DNA of 64,000 bases from Chrysomallon squamiferum (Eukaryota; Animalia; Mollusca), in NCBI GenBank assembly GCA_012295275.1, contig CM022672.1, positions 28,830,001 to 28,894,000 of the forward strand. The letters run 5' to 3'. Below the pieces are notes generated by a model. It searched no databases. It saw only the letters and a program-made list of their open reading frames with translations, and was not told the DNA's origin. How positions within the stretch are numbered: position 1 is the first letter of the stretch; every line of letters begins with the position of its first letter. Positions 51,972 through 64,000 of the stretch are shown piece after piece. The translations under genes and the position numbers were made by a program.

Positions 51972-52325
51972 CAGAGATCTCCACCAGCTTCTGCCACTCA
52001 ATCTGACTTGCTATCAGTGAACAGAAGAAAGAAACTTCATTTCTGTGACCAGTGTCCATACAAGACACCACACTCCTCACACATGACCAGTCATAGGATG
52101 GTTCACACTGGACAGTTTCTTCAGTGTCATCTATGTCCAAGACACTTCTCTAACAAGGCTCAATTGCAATATCACCTAAAGGCTCATTATGGAATGCTAA
52201 AGTGTCCTATTTGTGATAGGAAATACACCTCAGCAAGTGGACTCTTCTATCACAAGAAACGATTTCATAAATATGATAATTTAATTAGTTCTGAGTCTTT
52301 GGATTACAGTAACATTCATGATTAA
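51972..52325 (+). CDS. Gene B alternative terminal exon B-V14: three C2H2 zinc fingers
   Basis: NAGNAG acceptor tcttctttctgcag|cag|AGA, phase 0 at either AG. Confidence 0.85.
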   Translation, partial: QRSPPASATQSDLLSVNRRKKLHFCDQCPYKTPHSSHMTSHRMVHTGQFLQCHLCPRHFSNKAQLQYHLKAHYGMLKCPICDRKYTSASGLFYHKKRFHKYDNLISSESLDYSNIHD

Positions 52326-52882
52326 CTGTGTTTTTAAAAAAACATATTTAGCCATGTAAGCATAGAAAATTCTTATCACTTTTTCTCATTTTCCAAATGT
52401 ATTTTACCTACTTTATCTTTCTTTCTCTCTCATACACTTGGAAAATATAAAATGATTTGTTTGTGTGAGTGTTTGTGATTATTTGTTATGACATAATCAG
52501 ATTAATTAATATTGGTTTTAAGGAACTAATTCTTTTTTAACAAATATTTAACATTATTTACAAAGTTTTGACCATAAATGTTGAAAACAAAAGGTGTTAT
52601 TTTCATGTCTAAATTATATATTTGATTAATTTTTTTTTTTTTTATTTATGTCCTAAATATGAAAAGATCAAATAATATGGCACTTCAGAACCTTTTAATT
52701 AGGAATGGTTTTTTAAAAGTTAGAAAAATTGCAAAGCTTTAACTGCTCTCTATCAGGAATCTTAACCAGATAATGTAAACAGTCTTGTTTTGCAGATAAA
52801 AATGACATTAAATATATTTAAATAACATAACATTAGAATCCAGTAATTGAAGTAAACTACAAGATTACCTTTTCCTCTTCAG

Positions 52883-53205
52883 AAACTGAGTGATGATGGT
52901 GAGACACTGCAGTCTGCTAAACTGTTGACTGACCAAGATATACCAGCCATTCCACAGACCCCTGAAAGAAATGTGATCAGTGTAACTACACCACTTTATA
53001 CACGTCTCACTTGAACACACACTACAGAAAACATACTGGAAACTTTTTTCAGTGTCACCTCTGTCCCAGACATTTTTTCTATAAAAACCAGCTGAAGTAT
53101 CATTTGAAAGGACATGATGGTTCCCTATCCTGCTCCATATGTGGCAAAATATACACTTCTATAGTAGGATTATGTACACATATCAAAAGTCTTAACCATA
53201 TCTGA
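52883..53205 (+). pseudogene. Gene B variable exon B-V15 with a 1-nt frameshift (pseudo-exon or assembly error)
   Basis: Acceptor ccttttcctcttcag|AAA CTG is open in phase 0 to cctgaaagaaatgt, but the fingers (KKCDQC..) are in another frame; one extra A in the 52965-52967 run restores PEKKCDQC. Confidence 0.7.
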
Positions 53206-54057
53206 ATATTGTATTTTTAACATAAAGAAATGTATCTAACTTTGACACTTAATTTTTAGTAGGCATATATAATTATTTGTAGTTTTACATAAAATTCTTT
53301 TTATGATTCAACATTTATGTCTAAGTGAAATGAAATTGTTTCCTAACAGCCTGTTACAAGTTAAAAAAAATGAATTAACCCTTCTGACACAGAGTAGCAG
53401 AGCAAGTCATATATTTTTCAAAATGCTTGTCATTTCAGCTAATTGCTGAATGTATGTGTATGATAGTATCTGTTCTAATGGGAAGAAGAATAATGCTCAG
53501 AAATAAATTTTGTTTTGATTTTTCTACAGTTGTTTTTAAAATTGCCTTGTTTCTATGCAGTTTCTATATTGTGCTATTCATCACTGTTACTAGTGTAAGT
53601 GGTAAGTATGAATAATTGGGTTTATTGGTTATTCCTCAGAATTGTATTATCAAATATTTACTTGGCCATATTTATAAATTTATTTATAGTCTTGGTATGT
53701 AGATATATGCCTTAGTTCACTGGAGTTTTCTATATAAAAAGAAATTGTGCAGTAATTCTTACAGCAGAAGCAACAGCAGCAGAAGAAAATAAACAAACAG
53801 TAAATGTTGCATTGTTTAATTCAATAGATTTGCAAAGCTGTCTCTGTTTAAATAAGTTCCCTGTAATTATGGACACAATCACTGAGAAACAGACTATTTC
53901 ACATTTAAACCCAATCTTATTACAGACACAGTTACACTTGTTTTATTTACATTATTTTCTCTTGTTGGAATGAGAAATACAAACAAGAATTCAACTTCTT
54001 GATGCAGCTTTTATCTCCAACCTCAGAAATGTATAGACGTCATTTTTTGTTTTCTAG

Positions 54058-54480
54058 GATTCCAAATCGACTTCATTTATTTCATCAGAAGACTCGTTCC
54101 AATGGCACAGGCAAAATGGACAACCTAACATGCTGGGCAGTACCTTGGATCAAGATTTAGTAGCAGACTATCATACTAATAATGATCCCTGTCTGTCAGG
54201 ATCGAGTGTAATGTTTTCTTGTGATGAGTGCCCTTATAAAAGTAAATACAAACATGCTGTAAAAAGACATAAGCGAATTCACACTGGAGCCTTCTTTCAG
54301 TGTCACCTGTGTACAAATCATTACTCTGCAAGATATGAGCTCCATCTGCATCTGAAAATACACAGTGGAGAACTAGTGTGCAGACATTGTTTTAAACAGA
54401 TCACTTCACTCAACATGTGGCATGAACACGAACGCTTTCACAAACTTAATAAAAACAGGAGTCAGCAAGCAACTTGCTGA
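54058..54480 (+). CDS. Gene B alternative terminal exon B-V16: three C2H2 zinc fingers ('GEL' subtype)
   Basis: Acceptor ttttttgttttctag|GAT TCC, phase 0; third finger GELVCRHCFK..HER resembles GELLCRFCFK..HER in A-V2. Confidence 0.85.
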   Translation, partial: DSKSTSFISSEDSFQWHRQNGQPNMLGSTLDQDLVADYHTNNDPCLSGSSVMFSCDECPYKSKYKHAVKRHKRIHTGAFFQCHLCTNHYSARYELHLHLKIHSGELVCRHCFKQITSLNMWHEHERFHKLNKNRSQQATC

Positions 54481-55973
54481 ACATACCTCAGTGACTACAG
54501 AAAGTTTTCTTATTAACTGAGTGAAACTAAAACTAGCAACATTCCATTGCAAATAAAGTTTAGTTAACCTGATGAACGGTACTGAAATATTGTACTTTGT
54601 TATTTTAAAAAGGAACCTGTGAGAAGAATACTAAAATATTGTACTTTTAATATTTTAAAAAGGAACACAATAGTAACATCTTCATTATTCTTTGACATTC
54701 TTACTGGATATTTTTTTTCCCCCTTTTTTCAACCATCTTTTATTTTCAACACTGCTGTTAATAATTTCATGTTGATGAAGATGTATGAGACTGAGATAAA
54801 GAGAGCAGCATGTTGACATTATTATTATTGCATTAAATATTGCACATACTATTCAGGAATTTTTTTTCTTTTTCACTACTTCAATTATTTATTAATACAT
54901 CAATAAAAAGATATTTAAAAAAAAAAATAATAATAATAATAATATTAACATCTACTTGAAACACCTACATTCTTGTATAAATGTAAGTAAAACAATAATT
55001 GGGTTTTTCCTTTTTATTCTAATAATGTCTTTTGATTTTTCATTTTTAATTAAGTATTATTTAATTGCATACATAGTTGACTGTGTGATTTAAATATATT
55101 TTTCTTCAATTCTACTTTTTTTTTAAAATTACATTTTCTAATTAAGAAATGATTTAACAGTCATTTACTTGTTTCTGATGTAAAGCCAAATTTGATGTTA
55201 TTTATTCTTTAACAACTAGCTTTCCCAGCAGACAGAGGTGCTTAAACAAAGTAGACAAATCTGTAAATCTTTTACTAAAATTTTTATTATTATTATTATT
55301 ATTATTATTTTTTTTTCAAATCTGACACAAAATGTAGGAAAGGTAAACCTGATTTCATGAAATTTTTTTTTTATTATAAATGTTTTAATTATTTTCTTTA
55401 CTTTTGCTAATCCAAGAATTGGATTTATGCCTGGTGGGGTTTTTGTCCTCAGGATATTTTTTCAGTGGTGATTTTTGTATCTATTCCAATTTCAGATGTA
55501 TTTTATGGTTTTTCATTTCATAAAAAAAATAAAAAGAATTGCTTTCTTTCTGACTTATGATTTGTAACTTTGTTTCCTTTTCACTGGCAGTGTTAAAAGG
55601 TTTTATATTTGTAGAGCACAAATGATTTCATATTTTTCTTTCTTTTTAATTTTAAATTTATATTCTTAATATTTGTAGTTGTTTAATTTTTAAATTAATT
55701 TTGTATTTATTTATTATATATTTTTTAAATATCACATTGAATTTCATTATGTTACATACAGTTACCAGTGCATTCGTTATTTATTTATTTATAAATCAAC
55801 TTTTTGTGCTGTTGGTTACAGATAATAATAAAACAGTTTCCCAATCATAAAATGTAGTTTACATTATAACATACTTCATGAGAATTGGCAAACTAAACAT
55901 AGTAGAAAATAAAAAGTGAACAATTAATCATTTGCTGTTTACAATACAATAACTCTTCTTGTTTGGGTTTCAG

Positions 55974-56423
55974 GACAGTGAGAAATCCAATCCATCATTT
56001 GATATGACGCAAATGTACAGTGTAAGCAATATTAATGTCATCCACAGAGAGAACGATGGAGGCAATAGTTACCCTGTCATGGACAGGAATACCCTCACTA
56101 AAATGAAAAAAAAGCCAGTTTCATCTCCTCGCAGGTATGAAAGATGTTTAAACTGCGGCAGAACATTTGTTTTTAGAAAATTCCTGATACAGCACATTGA
56201 GGAATGTCTGGCAGGAATAACACAGCAACTTCCTTTGTTATCATGTGACCAGTGTGAAGCTACTTTCACAGAACAGAATACACTGGATAACCACAAACGT
56301 GGCCAGCATGGAGGAAAGTTGTACAGATGTGTATGTGGAGAAACATACAGGTGGAGATCGTCTTTGCGATATCATATGAAATCTTTCAAGTGTAGAGCTT
56401 CTTTAGTGAGACAAGATCAATGA
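55974..56423 (+). CDS. Gene B alternative terminal exon B-V17: divergent three-finger exon (C2HC, C2H2, CxC-type)
   Basis: Acceptor cttgtttgggtttcag|GAC AGT, phase 0; CLNC..HIEEC, CDQC..HKRGQH, CVC..HMKSFKC. Confidence 0.8.
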   Translation, partial: DSEKSNPSFDMTQMYSVSNINVIHRENDGGNSYPVMDRNTLTKMKKKPVSSPRRYERCLNCGRTFVFRKFLIQHIEECLAGITQQLPLLSCDQCEATFTEQNTLDNHKRGQHGGKLYRCVCGETYRWRSSLRYHMKSFKCRASLVRQDQ

Positions 56424-58312
56424 CTAAGAATTAATGAAAATTAATTGCTTTAACAAGCAGATTTTAATACAAACATCATTTGCTTCTTACAGAAAACGTA
56501 CTGAAATAAGAATTATTATTTGTAAGTAGAAAATATGTGAAAATGTTTAGAATGGTGAATAGCAGCTGTAATTCTTGTTGTCTTGCAGTTTCCATCAGAT
56601 ATTTTACTTGCATTTATTTCAGTGAAATTGACTATATTCTGTGAATGATGTGTAGTATGTGTTTTATGTTCAAACTGATAAAACACAACACAATTTACAT
56701 AATTAACTGTATCTTTACAAACCAACTTTTCTTTGTCTAAATGTGTTTTTAATTTACCTGTACAGAAACCTTGCTTTTGTTTCATTACAATAAAATATGG
56801 GAAGATGATTAATTTGTTATTTTGTCTGTCTTTTTAAAACAATATTTGTTACTAGGATTAGAAACTTCCAGAAAGTTGTGAACAGTTTCCGTTTCTTGGA
56901 TTTAAACAATAAGGTCATTTTATTCATTAAATTTGCAGTGTTAACAAAATGTCAGTGAAAATTATGGTTAAAATAAATCCCATTCAATTTTCATAAGTTG
57001 ACATCCAGTTAATTTGATTTATTTTGACACTACAACATTCTCTAACAATACATTACATTATTATTATACTCATATCAATCTCAGACATAGGTTAGTTTTA
57101 TTTGTTTTGAGTCTATCACATTCTATAACATTTACAACATTTACATTATTATTATTATTATCATTATTTATGGTCATTTAATAACAGTGTACAACATTCC
57201 CAAAACTGAATTTTTCATCATTATTTTTTTTACATAATTAATTTTACCAAAAAAAAAAAAAAAAAAAAAAAGTGTTTTTAATAATTATAAAAAAGAGACC
57301 ACTAAAGAAAAGGAAAATGTTATTTAAAAGAAAGTAAAAATAATAATAAAAATAAATAAATAAATAAAATAAATAGAAATAAATGCTTTGTTTTTCAGAA
57401 AGTGGACATAACCTTGAAAGTAAGATGGATTATTTCCTTACTGAATAAAACTAATCATCTCATGATAAGTGATAAACAGTTTTACAGAGATTATAAATGA
57501 TTTTATATTTTTCTTTATTTTTAATTTTATGTAGTTAATATTTGAATATGTTTTATTTTAAAATTTAATTTTGTATTTATTTATTTTAACTTTTTGAAAT
57601 GACACATTAAATTTCATTATTTCATATATAATTACATCTGTTTGTGATATTGCCTGCTTATTAATTGCTGTAACATATCAAGTGAAATATTACAGCTGGT
57701 TCTGCAAATAATGTTTAATGATAAACATTTATTATAAAGTTTCAACAAAATATTAAATTTGTTAATAAAACAAAATCTGATAATCAACTAATAGCCATTA
57801 ATATTAAAATTTTTGACATGTTGTTATAAAAATGTTCAGTATTCATACCAGAGGAATAGTCAGGTATAGCTGTGACAAGTAATGTGTGCTTTGAAAAATC
57901 ACACAGAAACATACAATGAGATTTTGTAATGGAGGAACAATGAAGCACAGAAGACACATTTCTATTACACTTGTGGATTGCTTTTCATTAACAGTTTAAA
58001 AAAATAAAATAAATAAAATACAAAAATAATAATGAAAAAAAAAAGACAAAAACAATCACTGTGTAAGTCACAGAAAAATAGAGGGCATGTTTTTTAAATC
58101 AGTGAACTTATAAATGAATTGTCTTTAGAATATTGTTGCATTTAAATGAATCATCTAACAAAAATGTTATTGATTTAAAAAATATAATAAAAAGTTCTCT
58201 CATGTACATGACATACCTCATTTGAATTTTAAATATTATTGTTTTCTTTCTTCAAAAAAAAGAAGAAAAAAATTGAGTTTAGTTTATTATTAAAACGCTA
58301 AACAATTTTATA

Positions 58313-58351
<39 letters not shown>

Positions 58352-58845
58352 AGGATACTGCAGTTTGATATTATTTTAGTTTGTGAATAAACCATTTTTG
58401 TTGTAAATAAAATGCATTAATTTTCAGACTTTCAGATGTTTATTTTTCCAAAAAGAATTTGATCCAGCTGATCTGAATATTGTATCAAAAAATGATATGT
58501 GTAAAACTTTTAGGATATAAAATACACTATGTATGTGTTATATTCATGGCTATACTAACAGTGATTTTTGTGACAGAAATTTGCTTCAGATATAAATGGA
58601 AAAAAATCATCTGTAAAAACTTGGAAGAAAGTTTAATTTGAAATTATTTTAGCTGCTAAATGAGTTTCCACATATAGTATTAATTGTTGAAGGCAACATT
58701 CAAGTTTGGAATTAAAAGTAAGTAAATGACAGAGTATGAGTAACAAAAATCTGCAGTTGTGTGAATAAATGTCATACAATGTTTTCAGCAGTTGTGTCAG
58801 GGTTTTGGTTTTTATAAGAGGGTGTTTGTTTTTTTCTCATGACAG

Positions 58846-59134
58846 GTCATTTCAGTCTATTCTAATTCATCTTCATGGGGGGAGTCTGTGGCAAAAGCCG
58901 CCCACCCAGGACAAGATCACTTTCACAATATCAGGAAGTAGACAGTTACAGCTACATTTTAACTTTTCTTTTTCTTTCTTTTATTTTTTTTCCTCTCTAT
59001 TTTTTTATTTTTTATTAACTATAAAAGAAGTCTGTAAGACTGGTGACTTTAAAAAGTATTCTCCAGTGATTGAAATGTTTTTCTGGAAACATGAGGTTAA
59101 GGGACTACTTCAGTACAGATTACAAGTAATATAA
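58846..59134 (+). pseudogene. Possible heavily decayed variable exon
   Basis: Acceptor-like ttttctcatgacag| with 31 open phase-0 codons; downstream TGDFKKYSPVIEMFFWKHEV..GLL has the spacing of TGNFFQCHLCPRHFFYKNQL but the Cys residues are lost. Confidence 0.3.
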
Positions 59135-60496
59135 TGGGGTGGTATTGTTCAGCAAGATCTTATATCTGCTAATATAACTTGCAAAATAACATTTTAATTT
59201 TTCATTGTTTATTTAATTATTTTATTATATTTTTCAGTTTTATTAATATTTACATATGTTATACAGCTCCAAAACATTTTATGTTCCCTTCTTTATTATA
59301 TTTTATTTCGTTTTAAATTTAATATTTTGGTTTATCTTACTTGTAATGATAATATTAAAAATACCTATATTCATTGAATTGATTTTGTAAACATTAAACA
59401 TTTTCTTTCAGTATTTTCTATTTTCTATTATTGATTGATTTATTTATTTTTAAATATATTCTGTATATTATTACAGTTGGCAAATTCAGGTTGTTAGATT
59501 AAATAATTGCTAAATAATTCATTAAAGTATTTTGAATAAAGTAATTAAAAAATAATTTTATGTTTTCTTTATTAACAAGTAAGAATATGGTTCAGGTAAC
59601 ATTTTTAAAATACTGATGACAGCTGTTTGAATATCGCTTAAAGTTATTGTAATCCAGTGGAGAATTAATGTTTCAGCAAAAAACTGAATCATGCTATACT
59701 CTATCACAAGACAAATTAATGTCTGCTGGATACTGTTCTGAACAAGAGCAGAAATGTTATGTATTAAAAGTGTCTTATAGCATTAACTGTTAACACCTCA
59801 AAATTCATTACTGTTGTTGTCGAGTCATTTTGTCTGTTTATTTTACTTTTTTCCTTTCAATTTCTCTTAATTTTTGTTTCTTTCTTTGTTGTTTGTTTTG
59901 TTTATAATACTTGAATTGATTGTATGATACTGAAAAAAATTGAAATATTATTTGAAGCATATCTGAATTTACTGATTTGAACTTTGCAGTTTTGTATATG
60001 TAACACATATATTGTTATTCTGAGAAATTTTCTCATGTCAGTTGTTTGGATTTACAGAAATCATAAAGTGGATGGTGTTTTTTTTAGTGGTGTAAATCTG
60101 TGTTACAGACTTTCAAGTTATTTTGTAATTGGTTTTTTCCATCCAGTTTTAATAAATAATATAACAACAAGTTAAAAAGATGGATCAATTTGTAGAGTTT
60201 TCTTATGGCATTGGAGGGGAAAAAATACAGCTGTTACACTACCCTCTGTGCAATGATTTTATGATTCCACTTGAAAAGGGTAAAATGGTGTTTGAAATGA
60301 TCTGTAACATTACAATATGTTATTTGTAACTCATTGCATGAAATAACAACTTGTAAATACAAATCTATAATAATATTCATCTGCACTACCACAGGGATAC
60401 TTTAGACATATCTATACCTTTACAAATTTATCACATAATACTGTAAGGTTAACAGCATAATAAAAAGTTTATGAAATGAGTATGACTATTTTTCAG

Positions 60497-60695
60497 AATG
60501 AAATGCAAGACGGTAGTTTCATGAAAATAACTTTTAATGATGATGATGATGACAATGATGGTGAATACAGTTGTGGAAAAAAAAAGGATGATGCTGATGA
60601 TGATGACAGTGAGGAAATGCCACAAAGTCCCATTGCAGAGAAGAGGGTAGATCACACAGATGATTTAAATACTGAAACAGATTCAAACATGACAT
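60497..60695 (+). CDS. Cassette B-V18 exon a (acidic, Asp-rich)
   Basis: Acceptor ctatttttcag|AAT GAA, phase 0; donor ACA T|GTAAGA phase 1; 199 nt. Confidence 0.7.
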
Positions 60696-61128
60696 GTAAG
60701 AAACATTTTTGTTGTCACTAATTCAGTGTTTATATTTCCAACATATTTCAGAGTAATAATGCAAACAGAGAAGAAAAAGAAAAAATAAGAAAAAAAGAAA
60801 ATGAACAACAAATTCTATTGAAACAAATGGCTAGCATATCTGACTCATCAAAAGTACAATTTGTTTTTGTTGTTTCAGTTAATGAATCAAGATGATAGGA
60901 AATATGTTATGTGTCAAATCACCAAACAATTCTAAAATTTTAATCTAACCTCTAAGATTTCAATGTGACTTGGTATTATGGTAGGAGAAAGTAATACAAC
61001 CAAATTAATTTTAAAATGAGTAATTAAAAAAAAAAAATATTATTATGATTTGTATTTACCTTTTTCTTGATAGTGTTCACAAGTTCTGTTTATCTGAAAA
61101 CATTTAGAATTTGATGTTTTTAATTCAG

Positions 61129-61236
61129 ATACAAATGTGGATCGACTAGGAGTGACACATGTGTACGAGAGAGATGTTGAAACAGTTTACATACCTCCAT
61201 CTTTAGAAGAAGGCTCTCCAGAACCAGAGACTACAG
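61129..61236 (+). CDS. Cassette B-V18 exon b
   Basis: Acceptor tttttaattcag|AT, donor ACA G|GTAGGT; 108 nt, phase 1 to phase 1, open (TNVDRLGVTHVYERDVETVYIPPSLEEGSPEPETT). Confidence 0.75.
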
Positions 61237-61531
61237 GTAGGTTAGCTTTTTAAATGATTAGTAATTAGTAATTACAGTTTCATAAAAAGTAGCTATTCTG
61301 TTTTGAAGCACATTTGATGGAATTATTTTAAATATTTAAACCAGAGAGAAATAACACTTTTTAAGGTTTTTGTTTTAAAATAAGTGTATGTGTATGTGTG
61401 TGTAATATTTTTTTGCTTTTTTTTTGCAACTTGCTTTGCTTTATAGTATAAATACAAATCTGTGTGAGAGAATAAGTAAAAATTTTAGCTATGTGTGTGT
61501 GAGTGTGTTATTATTATTTTTTTTTCTACAG

Positions 61532-62358
61532 ATCCAGGAATACAGCTGAGTAAATGTCCTCAATGTGAGAAAACATTTGCACGTAAAGACAGCTTGAAGC
61601 GACATCTACGCAGTCACATCGGTGCAATGTCTTACTGTGAGGCATGTAATCGCCAGTTCTGGACAGCAGCAGAGCTGCGCAGTCACATCGCAGTGAAACA
61701 CCAGGGAGAACGTTTTATCTGCAACATCTGCAGTCGACAGTACCAGACAAAATATGGTCTGAAACTTCACATTGATGAACATAATAAGACATACAGATTT
61801 GTCTGCTCATACTGCAATAAAGGATTTAATTATCGGTCACAGTATGAGGGTCACATGCATGGGCATGAGGGACTGAAACCTTTTAAATGTACAAAATGTA
61901 ACAAGTCCTATTCCCAGTCTAGTCATCTTTCTCTTCACAAGAAAGTTTGTGGTTTGCTAGGAAAGAAATTTGCTTGTCCTCAGTGTGGCAAAACTTTTAA
62001 ACTACCAAAGTACCTAAAGGAGCACCAAAAAATACACAGTGAACCCAGCAAATTAACATGTCCAGTGTGCGGAGTTATCTTATCATGTGGAGGAGCTCTT
62101 CACAATCACATAACTAGACAACATCCTGAAGAACCCAGAGTACCAAAACCTAGAGGACCAAAAGTAAACCCAATGGAGCCAATTGTTAAAGCTGATGAAC
62201 CAAAAATAAACCCTACAAAATTAAAAATCAATCATGATCATTTAAAAATACATGAAGAACCAGAAACAAATGTAAATAAATTAAAAGTAGAATTGGATAC
62301 AGCAGATGAAAACATCTCAGAAATGAAAATAAAAACTGAACCTCCTGATGATGATTAG
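61532..62358 (+). CDS. Cassette B-V18 exon c: seven zinc fingers plus Lys/Glu/Pro-rich tail
   Basis: Acceptor tttttttctacag|AT CCA, phase 1; seven CxxC..H..H/C fingers; stop TAG at 62358; AATAAA at 62455. Confidence 0.9.
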
Positions 62359-63689
62359 GTTTCTGTATGAAATCATGAAAACTTTAGTTATTGTTAACCT
62401 GGATAACCTTTTTAATACTTCTAGAGTAGAAATATGTTTGAATTTATGTAAACAAATAAAGAAACAATAGTTTTAGTGTAAATTTATTCATTGACAATTA
62501 GTATGAAGAAAGCTAAAGAAATAAACCTGTAGTCAGAAAAGTTGGAACTCCAAGGATTGATATTAGTGTTTTTAACATCTAGAGATATAGCTAATTTTAA
62601 ATCTAGCTTTTCATGTATTGTTTCTAATTGTTTCTCTTTTTTTGCTATTTCTTCAGAGGCAGGTGTTATATCATAATATGTCAGCTTTGTCAAACAGTTC
62701 GTGGTTTACAGCTTTATCTCCATCCTGTTCACAACCATGCAGACATAACTTTACATTCTTTCTTTTTTTTAATTATTTTTTATAAATTTTCTTGAATATC
62801 AAAGTCATAGTTATAAGAAAAAAGAATAAAATATGCAATTTGATGTGTTCTACAATTTATTTAATTACAGCTATATTTTGTAGGATTGAACCTAATTGAT
62901 TAAACCTATTGGTTATTTCACCATCATTCAGTACCAGAGGCCGGTCTATCAAAAAAATGCCAGGTTTCCACACAAGACATTTGAATAATGAACAGATTTT
63001 TATAATAAATACAATTTATGTAAGAAAAAACCCTGCCCATGAAGTAAAATTGGTATACATTCTGTAACAAATTTTTTCCAATTCTATAATGTATTAAGGT
63101 ATGCATTCTGTGTCAGTAAATAGAAAGACATGGTGTACTCACTTGGTTTGTGCTTCGTTTGCAGATCAAACCTCTTCAATGGAAATCTTAACCTTTTTTA
63201 CCCAAACCTGTTCTACATGACTGGCATGTAGCTTATTAAACACACATATATATTTGTAATAATGATTAAAAGATATAAAAAAGTAAATGTTGAACCATAT
63301 ATTAAACTATTTTCAGTTGTTTGCATTATGGATTAAAATAATGATTTTGCAATGTAAGGGAATAATGTTTGAAATATTACACTGTGTATGTATGTCTGGT
63401 GGTGGTATTCTGTATTATTAAATTACATAAGACAATTTTATTATTATACCATATTTATATAGCAACATTTTCATATACAAACGTAAACATAATGGTGGTA
63501 AGAATAAATAAGTCACATTTAAAAATTGCATAAGATAATTAATAGACTAGCTCGAACATTTTAAAATTAAGAAAACATAACTATTTATCAGCAAAGTGCA
63601 TATGAAAGAAATAGGTCTTTACAGTGTTTTAAATGTAGTTGTTGTTTCAGCCTCCCTTGTGTTACTTGGGATATGCCAGAATTTGCAAA

Positions 63690-63729
<40 letters not shown>

Positions 63730-64000
63730 CTTCCTATGTATTTTTATTTTTAAAAATGTATAGAAAAAAAAATAATAATGTTATTTTGTTTTCTAAATTT
63801 ATATACTTTATTGTTATGTGTACTAGATCATTAATGTTTTTTTTGGGGGGTAAACTAATATTTTTGTAAGATATAAAAAGAATTAAAGTTATGAATTATT
63901 GGATAAGACATTAGTTGCAAATTAATTTGATTTTTTAAAAATGTAACTTGAAATTAGAAAAATTTAAATGTATATTTTGAAAATATTTCTTTTGTCTTGT

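Overview
AT-rich, intron-containing animal genomic DNA (probably an invertebrate, possibly lophotrochozoan/mollusc; inferred from composition and protein family style, not proven). The many short zinc-finger ORFs are best explained as arrays of alternative 3'-terminal exons of two head-to-head paralogous genes, not as separate genes. Gene A (minus strand) has constant coding exons 20859-20115 and 18322-17952. Gene B (plus strand) has constant coding exons 26049-26679 and 26970-27385. Both encode a near-identical 78-aa N-terminal domain that I cannot match to BTB, KRAB, ZAD or SCAN, followed by a disordered linker, and both end at a phase-0 donor (CAG|GTA) with no DNA-binding domain of their own. 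Downstream of B lie 17 intact phase-0 cassettes: 15 three-finger C2H2 exons, one atypical three-finger exon and one three-exon seven-finger cassette. B also has one frameshifted exon and several decayed ones. Downstream of A lie at least 5 intact phase-0 exons (4 C2H2, 1 FLYWCH), and the array may continue past the left edge. All 22 intact cassettes start at a polypyrimidine-YAG acceptor in the same phase as the constant donor. This is the architecture of Drosophila lola and mod(mdg4), built on a different N-terminal domain. Also present: a decayed YqaJ/lambda-exonuclease plus multi-ZF segment between inverted repeats, a hAT-like non-autonomous insertion, local duplications and microsatellites. 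All splicing is inferred from sequence only.
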